A stretch of DNA of 64,000 bases from an uncultured Actinomycetota bacterium (GCA_963719955.1 CAVRDV010000001.1:230394-294393); one strand, 5' to 3'. Positions 11,120 through 23,546 are shown, numbered from the stretch's first letter. Notes: generated by a model not told the origin, from the letters alone. A program made the numbers and translations.

Positions 11120-12819
11120 GCGGCACCCCCGACGAGACCTCGAGCGGCGACGGCGGCGAGGCCGCGGGCATCCTGCGCAACTCCGCGGTGATGGCGGCGG
11201 GCACCGTCTTCTCCCGGCTCAGTGGTTTCCTGCGGGCTGCGCTGCTGACCGCAGCGCTGGGCCAGCAGCTGCACGGCGACGTGTTCAACATCGCCAACAC
11301 CATCCCCAACATGCTCTACATTCTGCTGGCCGGTGGCATCTTCAACGCCGTGCTGGTGCCGCAGCTCGTGCGGTCGATGAAGCACGACGCCGACGGCGGG
11401 GCGGCCTACACCAACCGCGTCGTCACCCTGGCCGCGCTCTTCCTCGGTCTGGTCTCGGTCGTGCTGGTGGTCGCCGCGCCCTGGGTGATGCAGCTGTTCC
11501 TCAGTGACGAGTGGTCCGCACTGCCGGAGCAGACCGAGTCGGTGGTGGCGTTCGCGCGCTACTGCCTGCCGCAGGTCTTCTTCTACGGCATGTTCGTGCT
11601 GCTCGGGCAGATCCTCAACGCACGCCGGGTCTTCGGCCCGATGATGTGGGCCCCGATCGCCAACAATGTCGTGTCGATCGGCGTGCTGGTGGCCTACCTG
11701 CTGGTCTACGGCCCGGCCCGCGACCTGTGCGGGGGCTTCAGCACCGACCAGGAGCTCCTGCTCGGCCTGGGCGCGACGGTCGGCATCGCCGTGCAGCTGC
11801 TGGTCCTGATCCCCTACCTCAAGGCCGCGGGCTTCACCTTCCGCCCCCGCTTCGACTTCCGCGACGCCGGGCTCGGCCACACCCTCCGGCTGGGGTTGTG
11901 GACCGTGCTGTTCGTCGTCGTCAACCAGATCGCCTACACCGTGGTCGTCCGGCTGGCCTCCAGCGGCACCGCGCAGGCCGCGCTCGACTCCTGCGGCGCC
12001 GGAGGCACCCAGGGCACCGGCTACACCGTCTACAGCCAGTCGTTCCTGATCGTGATGGTGCCGCACGCGATCGTCACCGTGTCGCTGGCGACCGCGATCC
12101 TGCCGCGGCTGTCGGCCAGCGCCGCCGACGGCGACCTGCGGGCACTGGCCCACACGCTGAGCCACACGCTGCGCACCGCGTTGGCGGTGATCCTGCCGTT
12201 CGCGGGGCTGCTGGCGGTGATCGCGCCCGACGTCGCCAACCTGGTCTTCGGCCACGGCGCGGCCGCCACCAGCTTCGCCCTGTACGTCCCGACGCTGACC
12301 CTCTTCGGGCTGGCGCTGGCGTTCTTCACGGTGCACTACCTGATGCTCCGCGGCTTCTACGCCCTCGAGCAGACCCGCACCGTGTTCCTCATCCAGTGCG
12401 TCATCGCGGCGGTCAACATCGCCGCCGCCTGGCTGCTCGTGCAGGAGGTCTCGCCGGTCGGCACCTCGCCCGCGCTGGTGGTCGCCTACGGCGCGGCGTA
12501 CGCCGTCGGTGCGACGTTGTCGTTCCTGGTGCTCCGGCGGGTGGTCGGCGGGCTGGGCGGCTCGGCGCTGGTGCGCTTCGGGGTGCGCACGCTGCTGGCG
12601 GTCGCCGTCGCCACCGGCGTCGCAGCCCTCGTCTCGGGGCTGCTGCACAGGTGGCTCGGAGCGGAGCCGTCGTGGCCCGTGGCGACCGGGATCCTGCTCG
12701 CCGCGGGCCTGGCGGGCGGTGTGGTCTACCTCGGGCTGGCCCGGCTGATGCGGCTCACCGAGGTCACCGAGGTGGTGGACACGCTCGCCGGGCGTCTGCT
12801 GAGTCGTCGCGCCGGCTGA
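11116..12819 (+). CDS. murJ: Lipid II flippase MurJ
   Basis: SAVMAAGTVFSRLSGFLR, FNIANTIPNMLYILLAGGIFNAVLVPQLVR; many TM helices. Confidence 0.93.
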   Translation: MSGTPDETSSGDGGEAAGILRNSAVMAAGTVFSRLSGFLRAALLTAALGQQLHGDVFNIANTIPNMLYILLAGGIFNAVLVPQLVRSMKHDADGGAAYTNRVVTLAALFLGLVSVVLVVAAPWVMQLFLSDEWSALPEQTESVVAFARYCLPQVFFYGMFVLLGQILNARRVFGPMMWAPIANNVVSIGVLVAYLLVYGPARDLCGGFSTDQELLLGLGATVGIAVQLLVLIPYLKAAGFTFRPRFDFRDAGLGHTLRLGLWTVLFVVVNQIAYTVVVRLASSGTAQAALDSCGAGGTQGTGYTVYSQSFLIVMVPHAIVTVSLATAILPRLSASAADGDLRALAHTLSHTLRTALAVILPFAGLLAVIAPDVANLVFGHGAAATSFALYVPTLTLFGLALAFFTVHYLMLRGFYALEQTRTVFLIQCVIAAVNIAAAWLLVQEVSPVGTSPALVVAYGAAYAVGATLSFLVLRRVVGGLGGSALVRFGVRTLLAVAVATGVAALVSGLLHRWLGAEPSWPVATGILLAAGLAGGVVYLGLARLMRLTEVTEVVDTLAGRLLSRRAG

Positions 12820-12916
12820 TCATCGTCCTACGATGGCGGTGACCAGCCGTCTACAGCAGCGGCACAGCAGGGGCGCGGCAGCGCTGCGCCCCGAGAGAAC
12901 GGGGACACCGGGGCTC

Positions 12917-15064
12917 GTGCCTACGTCGATCCGGCCCGGTGACGTGCTCGCCGGCCGCTATCGCCTCGAGGACCTGCTCAGCGAGAGCAAGGGCGGGCGG
13001 TTCTGGCGCGCCCACGACCGGGTGCTCGACCGGCACGTCGCCGTGCACTGCCTGGCCGCCGACGACCAGCGAGGCCCCGAGCTGCTCGACGCCGCCCGGC
13101 GCTCGGCCGCGGTGCAGGACCGCTGCATCCTGCGCGTGCTCGATGCCGACCAGCGCGACGACGTCATCTTCGTGGTCAACGAGTGGGGCGACGGCGCCTC
13201 GCTCGACATCGTGTTGCAGGGGGACGGGCCGATCGACCCCCGGCACGCCGCCTGGATGGCCGGCGAGGTCGGCGCCTCGCTGGCCACAGCGCACGATGCC
13301 GGCGTGGCCCACGGCCGACTCACGCCCGAGAACGTCCTGCTCGACCACAACGGTCACGTCCGACTGATCGGTCTCGGGGTGGAGGCGGCGCTGTGGGGGC
13401 TGCCCCAGGGCCGGATGGACGTCGACGTGGTCGACCTCGCGGCGGTGCTCTACGCCGGGCTGACCGGCCGCTGGGCCGGGGTCTCCTCCTCGGTCGTGCC
13501 GCGGGCGCCCATCGAGCAGGGATCGGTGCTGCGGCCTCGGCAGGTGCGCGCGGGCATCCCGCGGCCGCTCGACGACCTGTGCGACCAGGTGATCAACCAG
13601 GACAGCCACGTCGGCGTGCACGCCAAGGAGGCCTACGACCTGGCCACCGCGCGCGGCATCGCCGACTATCTCCGCGCCTTCGTCGGCGACGGCACCGACC
13701 TCCCCCCGGTCACGGCCCGGCTGGTACGCCGGCTCCGGCACGACCCGCGCCTGGCCGCCGCGGCCCTCGCCGGCACCGATGAGCTCGCCCTCGCCCACGA
13801 CGACACGACCGAGGCTGCCGCGATACGAGACGTCCCCACGGTCGAGGAGACCCCCGCGGTCGAGGACGCCCCCTCGGTCGAGGCGGCGTCGGTCGAGGAG
13901 ACTCCCGCGGTCGAGGACGCCCCGGCCGTCGAGGAGGCCGCCGCGGTCGAGGAGGCCGCCTCGCCGCCGTCTCGAGACCCCGCGCCGCCGGCGAGCGACC
14001 CCGCGGCGACCCAGGCGATGCCGCTGGCGGGAGCCGGCGCGGCCGCCCCGACCGGCGCACCGGACGAGCCGGGCGGTCACGGGACGGCACCCGAGCGGCC
14101 TCCGCGACCGGCGGACACCGAGCAGCCCACGGAGCTCGGGATGCCGATCTTCGACGAGAGCTCCATCGACGTCGAGTGGCTCACTGCGCGGGCCAGCAAG
14201 CCCCCACCCCCGCCGCCCTTCGAGGACCACCCGGAGCGTCCGCTGTTCGCCCCCGAGCCACCGCCGGGCGAGCCGGCCCGCCGGCCGCGGCCGGGCGCGC
14301 CGACCCCGAGCGCGGAGTTCTGGCCCTGGGAGAGCAGCACCGGCACCAGCGCCCCCTCCGCCACCACCGGCACCGGCGCGGGCTTTCCCACCGGCTCGGG
14401 GATCTACTACCTCGACGAAGAGCTGCCCGAGGACGATGTGGTGCCGGGGCGACGCACGCTGCGGCTCGGCATGGTCATCCTCGCGACCATCCTGCTCGTG
14501 CTGGCGGTGCTGGTCGCCCTCAACCTGTTCCGGGGCCGGGCGCCGCTGGCCCTCGGCCCGTCGTCGTCGGAGAGCAGCGCCGCTCCCGGCGACGGCGCCA
14601 CCGAGGCCGGCGCGGCCGCCGGGTCCCCGCTGGCCGGACTGACGGCCTACGACCTCGACCCGCAGGCCACCCCGCCGTCGGAGAACCCCGAGCTGACGGC
14701 GTTCGCCGTCGACGGGGATCCACGCACCGACTGGCACACCGTGACGTACCGGCAGAACCTCGGACCGGGTGGCCTCAAGACCGGCGTCGGCCTGGTCGTC
14801 GACGTCGGGGAGGTGCGGGAGCTGCAGGGCGTCACCGTCACGCTGGTGGGGTCTCCGACGGCGGTCTCGGTCTTCCTCGCCGACGACCGGCCGAGCGCGG
14901 TGAAGGGGCTGCAGCGGGTGGCGCGAGGGACCGCCGACGGCGAGAGCCTCGAGGTCTCGCTCGACGGCGCCAGCGGTCGCTACGTCGTGCTGTGGCTGAC
15001 CTCGTTGCCGCAGGTCAAGGGAGGCTACCGAGGCACGATCGCCGAGGTGGAGGTCACCGGGTGA
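12917..15064 (+). CDS. Ser/Thr kinase-like (pseudokinase) membrane protein with extracellular C-terminal domain
   Basis: LAGRYRLEDLL, FWRAHDRVLDRHVAV, HGRLTPENV (no HRD Asp), LIGLG in place of DFG; TM helix, then AVDGDPRTDW..GVGLVVD..YVVLWLTSLP. Confidence 0.85.
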   Translation: MPTSIRPGDVLAGRYRLEDLLSESKGGRFWRAHDRVLDRHVAVHCLAADDQRGPELLDAARRSAAVQDRCILRVLDADQRDDVIFVVNEWGDGASLDIVLQGDGPIDPRHAAWMAGEVGASLATAHDAGVAHGRLTPENVLLDHNGHVRLIGLGVEAALWGLPQGRMDVDVVDLAAVLYAGLTGRWAGVSSSVVPRAPIEQGSVLRPRQVRAGIPRPLDDLCDQVINQDSHVGVHAKEAYDLATARGIADYLRAFVGDGTDLPPVTARLVRRLRHDPRLAAAALAGTDELALAHDDTTEAAAIRDVPTVEETPAVEDAPSVEAASVEETPAVEDAPAVEEAAAVEEAASPPSRDPAPPASDPAATQAMPLAGAGAAAPTGAPDEPGGHGTAPERPPRPADTEQPTELGMPIFDESSIDVEWLTARASKPPPPPPFEDHPERPLFAPEPPPGEPARRPRPGAPTPSAEFWPWESSTGTSAPSATTGTGAGFPTGSGIYYLDEELPEDDVVPGRRTLRLGMVILATILLVLAVLVALNLFRGRAPLALGPSSSESSAAPGDGATEAGAAAGSPLAGLTAYDLDPQATPPSENPELTAFAVDGDPRTDWHTVTYRQNLGPGGLKTGVGLVVDVGEVRELQGVTVTLVGSPTAVSVFLADDRPSAVKGLQRVARGTADGESLEVSLDGASGRYVVLWLTSLPQVKGGYRGTIAEVEVTG
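13841..13960 (+). repeat. ~18-bp degenerate coding repeat (VEETPA/VEDAPA) in the kinase linker
   Basis: gtcgaggagacccccgcg / gtcgaggacgccccc.. units. Confidence 0.75.
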
Positions 15065-15768
15065 CGGGGCCGACCGGCCTCGGCGCCGGGACGCCCGACG
15101 GAGCGGACGGGCGGAGCGACGTCGCGCTGCTCGCCGCGCACGTGGCCGGCGACGGTGACGCCTTCGGCGAGCTGTTCGCGCGGCACCGCGACCGGCTGTG
15201 GGCGGTGGCGCTGCGCACCATGGGCAACCCCGAGGACGCCGCCGACGGTCTCCAGGACGGCCTGGTCGCGGCGTACCGCCGCGCCGGGTCCTTCCGCGGC
15301 GAGGCCGCCGTCACGACCTGGTTGCACCGGGTGGTCGTGAACGCCTGCCTCGACCGGCTGCGAGCCGCGAAGGTCCGGGCCGCGGACGCGCTGCCCGACG
15401 ACCTGGAGGATCGGGGCGGACGCGGCGCCCTGGTGTCCGCCGGCGTCTCCGATCCCGCCGCCGAGACCGTGGCGGCCGAACGGCGGCGGCTGGTGCTGGA
15501 TGCGCTGGCGACGCTGCCGAAGGAGCAGCGGGCGGCGCTGGTGCTGGTCGACATGGAGGGCTACTCCGTGGCCGAGGTGGCGGTGATGCTCGACTGCGCC
15601 GAGGGCACCGTGAAGTCACGCTGCTCACGCGGCCGGTCGCGGCTCGCGGGACTGCTCGGGATGCTGGCGCCCGGCGTGGGTGACGCGGACGACACCCCGG
15701 CTGGGAACCCGCCCCCGGACTCGGCCGTCCCATCCGGTGAGGGGCCACGGGGCCCACCTGCCGGCTGA
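15061..15768 (+). CDS. sigM: ECF RNA polymerase sigma factor SigM
   Basis: LLAAHVAGDGDAFGELFARHRDRLWAVALR, TTWLHRVVVNACLDRLR, GTVKSRCSRGR; synteny. Confidence 0.9.
   Translation: MTGPTGLGAGTPDGADGRSDVALLAAHVAGDGDAFGELFARHRDRLWAVALRTMGNPEDAADGLQDGLVAAYRRAGSFRGEAAVTTWLHRVVVNACLDRLRAAKVRAADALPDDLEDRGGRGALVSAGVSDPAAETVAAERRRLVLDALATLPKEQRAALVLVDMEGYSVAEVAVMLDCAEGTVKSRCSRGRSRLAGLLGMLAPGVGDADDTPAGNPPPDSAVPSGEGPRGPPAG
15704..15730 (+). promoter_or_regulatory. SigM-type ECF promoter upstream of the anti-sigma gene
   Basis: GGAAC-N17-CGTCC inside the 3' end of sigM. Confidence 0.55.
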
Positions 15769-15842
15769 GCCGGACGTGCGCGCCCGCTCGGACGCCGCCG
15801 CACCGCGCACTGCACCTGACCGACGAGAGGAGGAGACCCGCC

Positions 15843-16637
15843 ATGGCTGACCGGCCCGAGGACCGTCCGCTGACGCCCGCAGAGGCGGAGCGGGTGCGCC
15901 GCCTGCTCGCGGACGCCCGGCACACCGAGCCGACACCCGACGACGTCGTGGCGCGTCTCGACGCCGTGCTGGCCGGGCTCGCCGCCGAGGGTGCGGGCAA
16001 CTCGGCGGACGGCGGCGCGGACGAGGCCACCGACGGAGCCACCGACGGGGCCACGGGGACGGCGCCCGCCCGGACGCCGGTGGCCGACCTGGCCGCGGCC
16101 CGTCGTCGGCGCCGACGCGTCACACAGGTGCTCGTGGCCGCGGCGGCCGTCACCGTCGTCGGCGTCGCCGGGCCGCAGCTGCTCGGTGGCGCCGGAGACA
16201 TGATGTCCGCCGAGAGCGAGAGCTCCACCGCCGGGGACACCGGCAGCGCCGACGACGCCGCCGGCGGCGCGGGCCCGGAGTCGGCCACCCAGCCTGACGG
16301 CGCCGGCAGCCCCGAGGACCTCACCGGCGAGGAGGCACGCGGCCTCGCCGCCGCCCCCGAGCTGACCGGCGAGTCGCTGCCGCGCCAGGCCCTGCGGCTC
16401 CAGAGGGCCGGCCCGGCGCCGGAGGCGGCCTACGAGGAGTCGGCCGGGAAGGCCGCGCTCCGCGCCTGTCGCGACGGTGCCACCTGGGGGTCCGGCCGCC
16501 GCGTGCCGGTGACCTATGACGGTGCCGACGCCGTGCTGGTCTATCGGCCGCCCGCCGACGGCACCCAGCAGGTCGTCCTCTTCCTCTGCGGCGACAACAG
16601 CGCCCCCACCCGCACCCTCACCCTCCCCGCCCCCTGA
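15843..16637 (+). CDS. Probable anti-sigma-M factor
   Basis: PDDVVARLDAVLA, VADLAAARRRR, single TM helix, two C-terminal Cys; follows sigM. Confidence 0.75.
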   Translation: MADRPEDRPLTPAEAERVRRLLADARHTEPTPDDVVARLDAVLAGLAAEGAGNSADGGADEATDGATDGATGTAPARTPVADLAAARRRRRRVTQVLVAAAAVTVVGVAGPQLLGGAGDMMSAESESSTAGDTGSADDAAGGAGPESATQPDGAGSPEDLTGEEARGLAAAPELTGESLPRQALRLQRAGPAPEAAYEESAGKAALRACRDGATWGSGRRVPVTYDGADAVLVYRPPADGTQQVVLFLCGDNSAPTRTLTLPAP

Positions 16638-16775
16638 CCGCGACCTGCGCCCCGCGGCTGCCCCACCTGCGCCCCCGTGGCTGCCCGCCTGCGCCCGGTG
16701 GTGGCCACGACGCGACCCGGCCGTCGGCACCGGGAGCAGACGGAGGTCTCGCCTCGGACCCGCGGACTCGGCGCG

Positions 16776-16802
16776 GGAATGCCCAGCACCTACGATCGGT
16801 TG
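16776..16802 (+). promoter_or_regulatory. SigR/SigH promoter of trxB
   Basis: GGAAT-N18-GTTG, matching the known consensus. Confidence 0.7.
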
Positions 16803-16895
16803 TGCAGAGCGTGAGTGGATACCCCCTGGGGTGTTCGCAGCTCCTGGCCGGACCGCCGGCCGCCCCCGACCGTCGTACGAAGGAATGCACTCCAC

Positions 16896-17887
<992 letters not shown>

Positions 17888-18012
17888 CGCACCCGACTGC
17901 TCGCCGACGGGCGGGCGGCGGCCGGAGGTGCCCCACGGCCACCACATCTGGTGGACACGATGGCGTCGGAGCCCCACATCTGGGGATCTGGGGCCGCCAC
18001 TGCGGGCGCGTC

Positions 18013-18040
18013 GGAACAAAACGTCCGCACCGTGATGTTG
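18013..18040 (+). promoter_or_regulatory. SigH/SigR-type promoter of trxA
   Basis: GGAAC-N19-GTTG. Confidence 0.5.
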
Positions 18041-18122
18041 ACTGACCAGCACCAGACTTCCGGCGCTCCGGCGCCGACCGAACCAACGACGAACCGACAC
18101 ACCCGTGACGAAAGGGGACCCC

Positions 18123-18451
18123 GTGTCCAACCTGCCCGCCGTGACCGACGCCGAGCTTCGAGGCCGCAGGTCCTCAAGTCCGACAAGCCCGTCCTCGTCG
18201 ACTTCTGGGCCGAGTGGTGCGGCCCGTGCCGCCAGGTCGCCCCGATCCTCGACGAGCTCGCCACCGCCCACGGCGACAAGATAGGCTTCGTCAAGATGAA
18301 CGTCGACGAGAACCCCGTGACGCCGTCGACCTACCGGGTCACCGGCATCCCGACCCTCAACGTCTACCAGGGCGGCGAGGTCGTGAAGACCATCGTCGGC
18401 GCCCGTCCCAAGGCGGCGATCCTCAAGGAGCTCGAGGGCTTCCTCGCCTGA
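18123..18451 (+). CDS. trxA: Thioredoxin; two +1 frameshifts near the 5' end
   Basis: PVLVDFWAEWCGPCR..GIPTL. Confidence 0.95.
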
Positions 18452-18535
18452 GCTTCTCGTCCAGCGACCACCTCGTCGTACGCCGGTCACGCAGCCGGTC
18501 CCTGTCGGGGCCGGCGCAAGCCCGGCGAGCCGGGC

Positions 18536-19180
18536 TCAGCCGTCGCGGGGGGCCCGCAGCGGGGCCTCGGGCTGCGGCGTGGGCCGCACGGCGCCGACGA
18601 GCCGCTCGAGGGCCTGCTCGACCTCGTCCCGCCAGGAGACCGCCGAGCGCAGCTCCATCCGCATCCGCGGGGTCGTCGGGTGCGCCCGCTGGGTCTTGAA
18701 GCCCACGCTGCCCAGGAAGTCGCTCGGGCATCACGCAGCCCTGCCGCGGCCGCGGGTGTCACCGAACGCCTCCACCGCGCGGACCTCGCCGCGCCGACGA
18801 TCAGGTCGCGGGCCATCCCCTGCACCAGCATCCGGCCGAGCCCGCCGCCGCGCAGCGCCGGGGGCGACGTACACCGTCGTGAGCAGGACCGCGTCGGGCG
18901 AGATCGGCGCGGTCGGGAAGACCGCCGGCTCCCGGCACGCATCGCCGCGGGGGCGTAGATCGCGTGCCCCACCGGCACGTCGTCGACCAGCGCCACCCGG
19001 CCGCAGGAGCCCCAGTCGCGCAGCACCTCCGAGACCCAGGTCTCCTTGACCGCCGGCGCGTCCTCGGCCGCGACCCGCGCGCGGCGGACCGGGTCGAGCC
19101 TCCCAGAACAGGCACGACGCGCACGGCCCCGGCAGCACGGCCAGGTGGTCGAGCGTCAGCCGGACGATCTTGCGAGACAT
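18536..19180 (-). CDS. GNAT-family acetyltransferase (Rv3916c-like); frameshifted
   Basis: MSRKIVRLTLDHL..CASCLFWE, LRDWGSCG, FPTAPISPDAVLL, GGGLGRMLVQ, ..WRDEVEQALERL. Confidence 0.85.
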
Positions 19181-19262
19181 CTCACCTCCACCACGGCACG
19201 AGGGTTCCGAGTGACGGCCCGATGCTGCGCGGGCCGCCTCGATCCTTCATGCTAGTCAGAGC

Positions 19263-20592
19263 ATGGACTCCCAGCCGGTCACCACCAGCACGCGTCTCGA
19301 CTCCTATGTCGACCGCTACGCCGCGCGCACGGCCGGGATGACCGCCTCGGAGATCCGGGCGCTGTTCGCCGTCGCCTCCCGCCCCGAGGTGGTCTCGCTG
19401 GCCGGCGGCATGCCCAACATCTCCGGCCTCCCCCTCGACGTCGTCGGCAGCGCGATCGGCGACCTGGTCCGGCACCACGGCGCCGAGGCGCTGCAGTACG
19501 GCTCCGGCCAGGGCGTCCCGCGGCTGCGCGAGCAGATCTGCGACGTGATGCGGCTGGAGGGCATCGAGGCCCACCCCGACGACGTCGTCGTCACGGTCGG
19601 CTCCCAGCAGGCCGTCGACCTGGTCACCCGGGTGTTCTGCGACCCCGGCGACGTGGTGCTCGCCGAGGCGCCGTCGTACGTCGGTGCGCTGGGGGTCTTC
19701 AAGGCCTTCCAGGCCGACGTCGTGCACGTCGAGATGGACGACGACGGACTGGTCCCCGACGCGCTGCGCCAGGCGATCGCGGCGGTCCGGGCGTCCGGCC
19801 GCAGGATCAAGTTCCTCTACACGATCCCCAACTTCCACAACCCTGCCGGCGTGACCCTGTCGGCACAGCGGCGCGCGGAGGTGCTGGAGATCTGCCGCGC
19901 CGCCGACGTGCTGGTCCTGGAGGACAACCCCTACGGCCTGCTCGGCTTCGACAGCGAGCCGATGCGCGGCGCTGCGCGCCGACGAGGCCGACGGCGTGAT
20001 CTACCTCGGCTCGTTCTCGAAGACCTTCTCCCCCGGCATGCGGGTCGGCTGGGCGCTGGCGCCGCACGCCGTGCGCGAGAAGCTGGTGCTGGCCCAGGAG
20101 TCCGCGACGCTGTGCCCGCCGTCGTTCTCGCAGATGGCCGTGTCGGCGTACCTCGCCCAGCACGACTGGCAGGGCCAGATCAAGCAGCTCCGCGAGATGT
20201 ACCGCGAGCGCCGCGACGCGATGCTGGAGGCGCTCGCACGACCTGCATGCCCGCCGGCTGCTCGTGGAACGTGCCCGCACGGCGGCTTCTTCGTCTGGCT
20301 GACCCTCCCGCCCGGCATCGACGCCAAGGCGATGCTGCCGCGGGCGGTGACCGCGCGGGTGGCCTACGTCCCCGGCACCGCCTTCTACGCCGACGGGTTC
20401 GGCACCAGCCACCTGCGGCTGTCGTTCTGCTACCCGACGCCGGAGCGGATCCGCGAGGGCGTACGCCGGCTCGCCGGCGTCCTCGAGGCCGAGATCGAGC
20501 TGCGCGAGACCTTCGGGGCGACCGGGCCCGTCGCGGGCCTGCCTGCCGGGCCGCGCAGCGGCTACGACGCCCCCAGCAGCGACCTGAGCTGA
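19263..20592 (+). CDS. PLP-dependent aminotransferase class I/II; frameshift near 19968
   Basis: ASEIRALF..VVSLAGGMP, YTIPNFHNPAG, EDNPYG, GSFSKTFSPGMRVGW. Confidence 0.92.
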
Positions 20593-20614
20593 CCCGAGCC
20601 TTCGAGGAGTGTGG

Positions 20615-21641
20615 ATGTCCGACGCAAACGAGGCAGCGGCTCGGCCGGTGCTCGTCCTGGCAGGCGGGCTCTCCCACGAGCGCGACGTCTCGCTGCGCTC
20701 CGGCCGGCGGGTGGCCGAGGCGCTGCGCGGCGTCGGGCGCGAGGTCGCCGAGCGCGACGTCGACTCCCACCTGCTGCGGTCGCTGCGCGCGGAGCCGCCG
20801 AGCTGCGTGGTGCCGATGCTGCACGGCGAGTCGGGCGAGGACGGCGCGGTCCGCGAGGTGCTCGAGCTGCTGGGGGTGCCCTACGTCGGCGCCGGGCCGG
20901 CCGCCTGCCGCACCGCCTTCGACAAGCCGGTCGCCAAGACCGTGGTGTCGCGGGCCGGGCTGCTGACGCCGGCGTCGGTGTGCCTGCCCGCGGAGTCCTT
21001 CCGCGAGCTGGGCGCCGCAGACGTGATGGCGGCGCTGGTGGCGCGGCTGGGGCTGCCGTTGATGGTCAAGCCCGCCCAGAGCGGCTCCGCGCTCGGCTGC
21101 ACGGTCGTGCGCCGGGCCGAGGAGCTGCCCGCCGCGATGGTCAACGCCTACGCCTACGGTCCGGTCGCGCTGCTGGAGCACTTCGTGGCCGGCACCGAGG
21201 TGGCCGTGGGCGTGCTCGACGACGGCTCGGGGCCGCGGGCGCTGCCGCCGGTCGAGATCGCCCCCGACGGCGGGGTCTACGACTACACCGCGCGCTACAC
21301 CGCCGGCTCCACGGAGTTCTTCGTGCCCGCGCGGCTCTCGGAGGAGGCCGCGGCCGAGTCCGCCCGGGTGGCGCTCGCGGCTCATGACGCGCTCGGACTG
21401 CGCGACCTGTCGCGGTCGGACCTGATCGTCGACGAGGCGGGGCAGGTGTGGTTCCTGGAGGTCAATGTGGCGCCTGGGTTCACCGAGACCTCGACCGTGC
21501 CGCCTGGCGATCGAGGCCAGCGGCCTCGACCTGGGCAAGGTGGTGGCCGAGCTCGTCGACGCCGCCCAGGGCCGGGGCGGGGCGGGCGACGACGGGGTCG
21601 GTCGCCACGGCGTTGGCCACGACGGAGCGGGCAAGCAGTGA
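20615..21641 (+). CDS. ddl: D-alanine--D-alanine ligase family protein; frameshift near 21503
   Basis: VLAGGLSHERDVSLRSG, LHGESGEDG, KPAQSGSALG, YDYTARY, LEVNVAPG. Confidence 0.88.
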
Positions 21642-22429
21642 GCACGCTGCGCGATGTGGGCTATCGCGGCATCGTCGTGCTCGCGAAGACCGGCTTCCGG
21701 GCGCTCGGCCAGCAGATCGTCATCTACCGGCACCGAGCACGTGCCGCGGTCGGGCGGCGTGCTGCTCGCCTTCAACCACATCTGCTACGTCGACTTCGTC
21801 TACGGCGGCCTCGCGGCCAACCCCTCGGGCCGGCTGGTGCGCTTCATGGCCAAGCGCGAGCTCTTCGACCACCGGTGCGACCGGGCCGCTGATGCGCTCC
21901 ATGCACCACATCGAGGTCGACCGGGCCGACGGCGTGGCGTCGCTTCCAGACGGCCGCTCGACTACCTCCGCGCCGGCGAGGCCGTCGGGATCTTCCCCGA
22001 GGCGACGATCTCGCGCTCCTTCGAGATCAAGGAGCTCAAGACCGGCGCGGTGCGGATCGCTGCCGAGGCCGGCGTACCGCTGGTGCCGGTGATCCTGTGG
22101 GGCACCCAGCGGATGATGACCAAGGACCACCCGCGCGACTTCTCCCGGGGCAAGACGATCACGATCCGGGTCGGCGAGCCGCTGCACGCCGACCGGCGAG
22201 GACCCGGTCGGCAGAGACCGCGCGAGCTGCGGTCGCGGATGAGCGCGGTGCTCGACCGAGGCGATCCGGCGACTACCCCGCCGCCGAGCAGCCGCCCGGC
22301 TCGTGGTGGCTGCCGGCGTCGTACGGCGGCCGGCGCACCGACCCCGGCCGAGGCGCTTCGAGCTCGACGCCGAGGAGCGGCGGCGAGCGGGCCGCGAAGC
22401 GCGCCGCCAAGCGTCGGCAAAGCGATTAA
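21638..22429 (+). CDS. Lysophospholipid acyltransferase (PlsC family); frameshifted
   Basis: LAFNHICYVD, RFMAKRELF, GIFPEATISRS. Confidence 0.85.
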
Positions 22430-22518
22430 TGGCTTTGTCGACTTATTGATCTGCGCGTCCGCCGCCCGCGTTGTCGCAGGTCAGCGCGCCGATCGGGCCG
22501 GTGGGGCTGGATCTGCGC

Positions 22519-23546
22519 TCAGATCGGGCGGTCGTTCCGGTTGCGCGGGTCCATGATGTCGACGATCCGCTGCAGGTCGTCGAGCGTGGCGAACTCCACG
22601 GTGATCTTGCCCTTGGCACGGCCGAGGTCGACCTTGACCCGGGTCTCGAGGCGGTCGGAGAGCCGGTCGGCGAGGTCGACCAGGCCGGGCGCGGTCGGCT
22701 TGCGGCGCACCTGGCGCTCGGGCCGCCCGACCTCGCCGACGGAGACGATCTCCTCCAGGCCACGCACGCTGATGCCCTCGGCGACCACCCGCTGCGGCGA
22801 GCCGGTCCTGGAGGTCCGGCGTCCTCGACGGCCAGCAGGGCGCGCGCGTGGCCGGCCGACAGCACGCCGGCGGCCACCCGACGCTGCACCGCCGGGGAGA
22901 GCTTGAGCAGCCGCAGCGTGTTGCTGATCTGCGGCCGGGAGCGGCCGATCCGGCCGGCGAGCTCCTCGTGGGTGCAGCCGAAGTCCTCGAGCAGCTGGCG
23001 GTAGGCCGCCGCCTCCTCCAGCGGGTTGAGCTGGGAGCGGTGCAGGTTCTCCAGCAGCGCGTCGCGGAGCATGTCGTTGTCGTCGGTCTCGCGGACGATC
23101 GCGGGGATCGACCTCGAGACCGGCCTCCTGGGAGGCGCGCCAGCGCCGCTCCCCCATGACCAGCTCGTAGGCGTCCGTCGCCGGTCTGCGGCGGACGACG
23201 ACCGGCTGCAGCAGGCCGATCTCGCGGATCGAGTGGACCAGCTCGGCCATCGCCTCCTCGTCGAAGACCTGGCGCGGCTGCCGCTGGTTGGGCTGGATCT
23301 GCTCGATCGGGAGCTCGGCGAACCACGCCCCTGCACCTCGGCCAGGGCGGGGCCGGCCTCCCGGCTCGCTCCGGTGCTGGCGCCGGCGCCACCGCCGCTG
23401 AGGTCGCCGGCAGCGCCGGCGCGGTCTGCCGTGGCGGTGGCGGATGCGCTCTCCGAGCCCTCCTGGGCCTCCTCGGGCGGCGCCGTCGGGATCAGCGCTC
23501 CGAGTCCCCGGCCCAGGCCTCGGCGCCGAGGGGCGGTGCTGCTCAT
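22519..23546 (-). CDS. parB: Chromosome partitioning protein ParB; frameshifted
   Basis: [52 protein letters not shown]. Confidence 0.95.
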
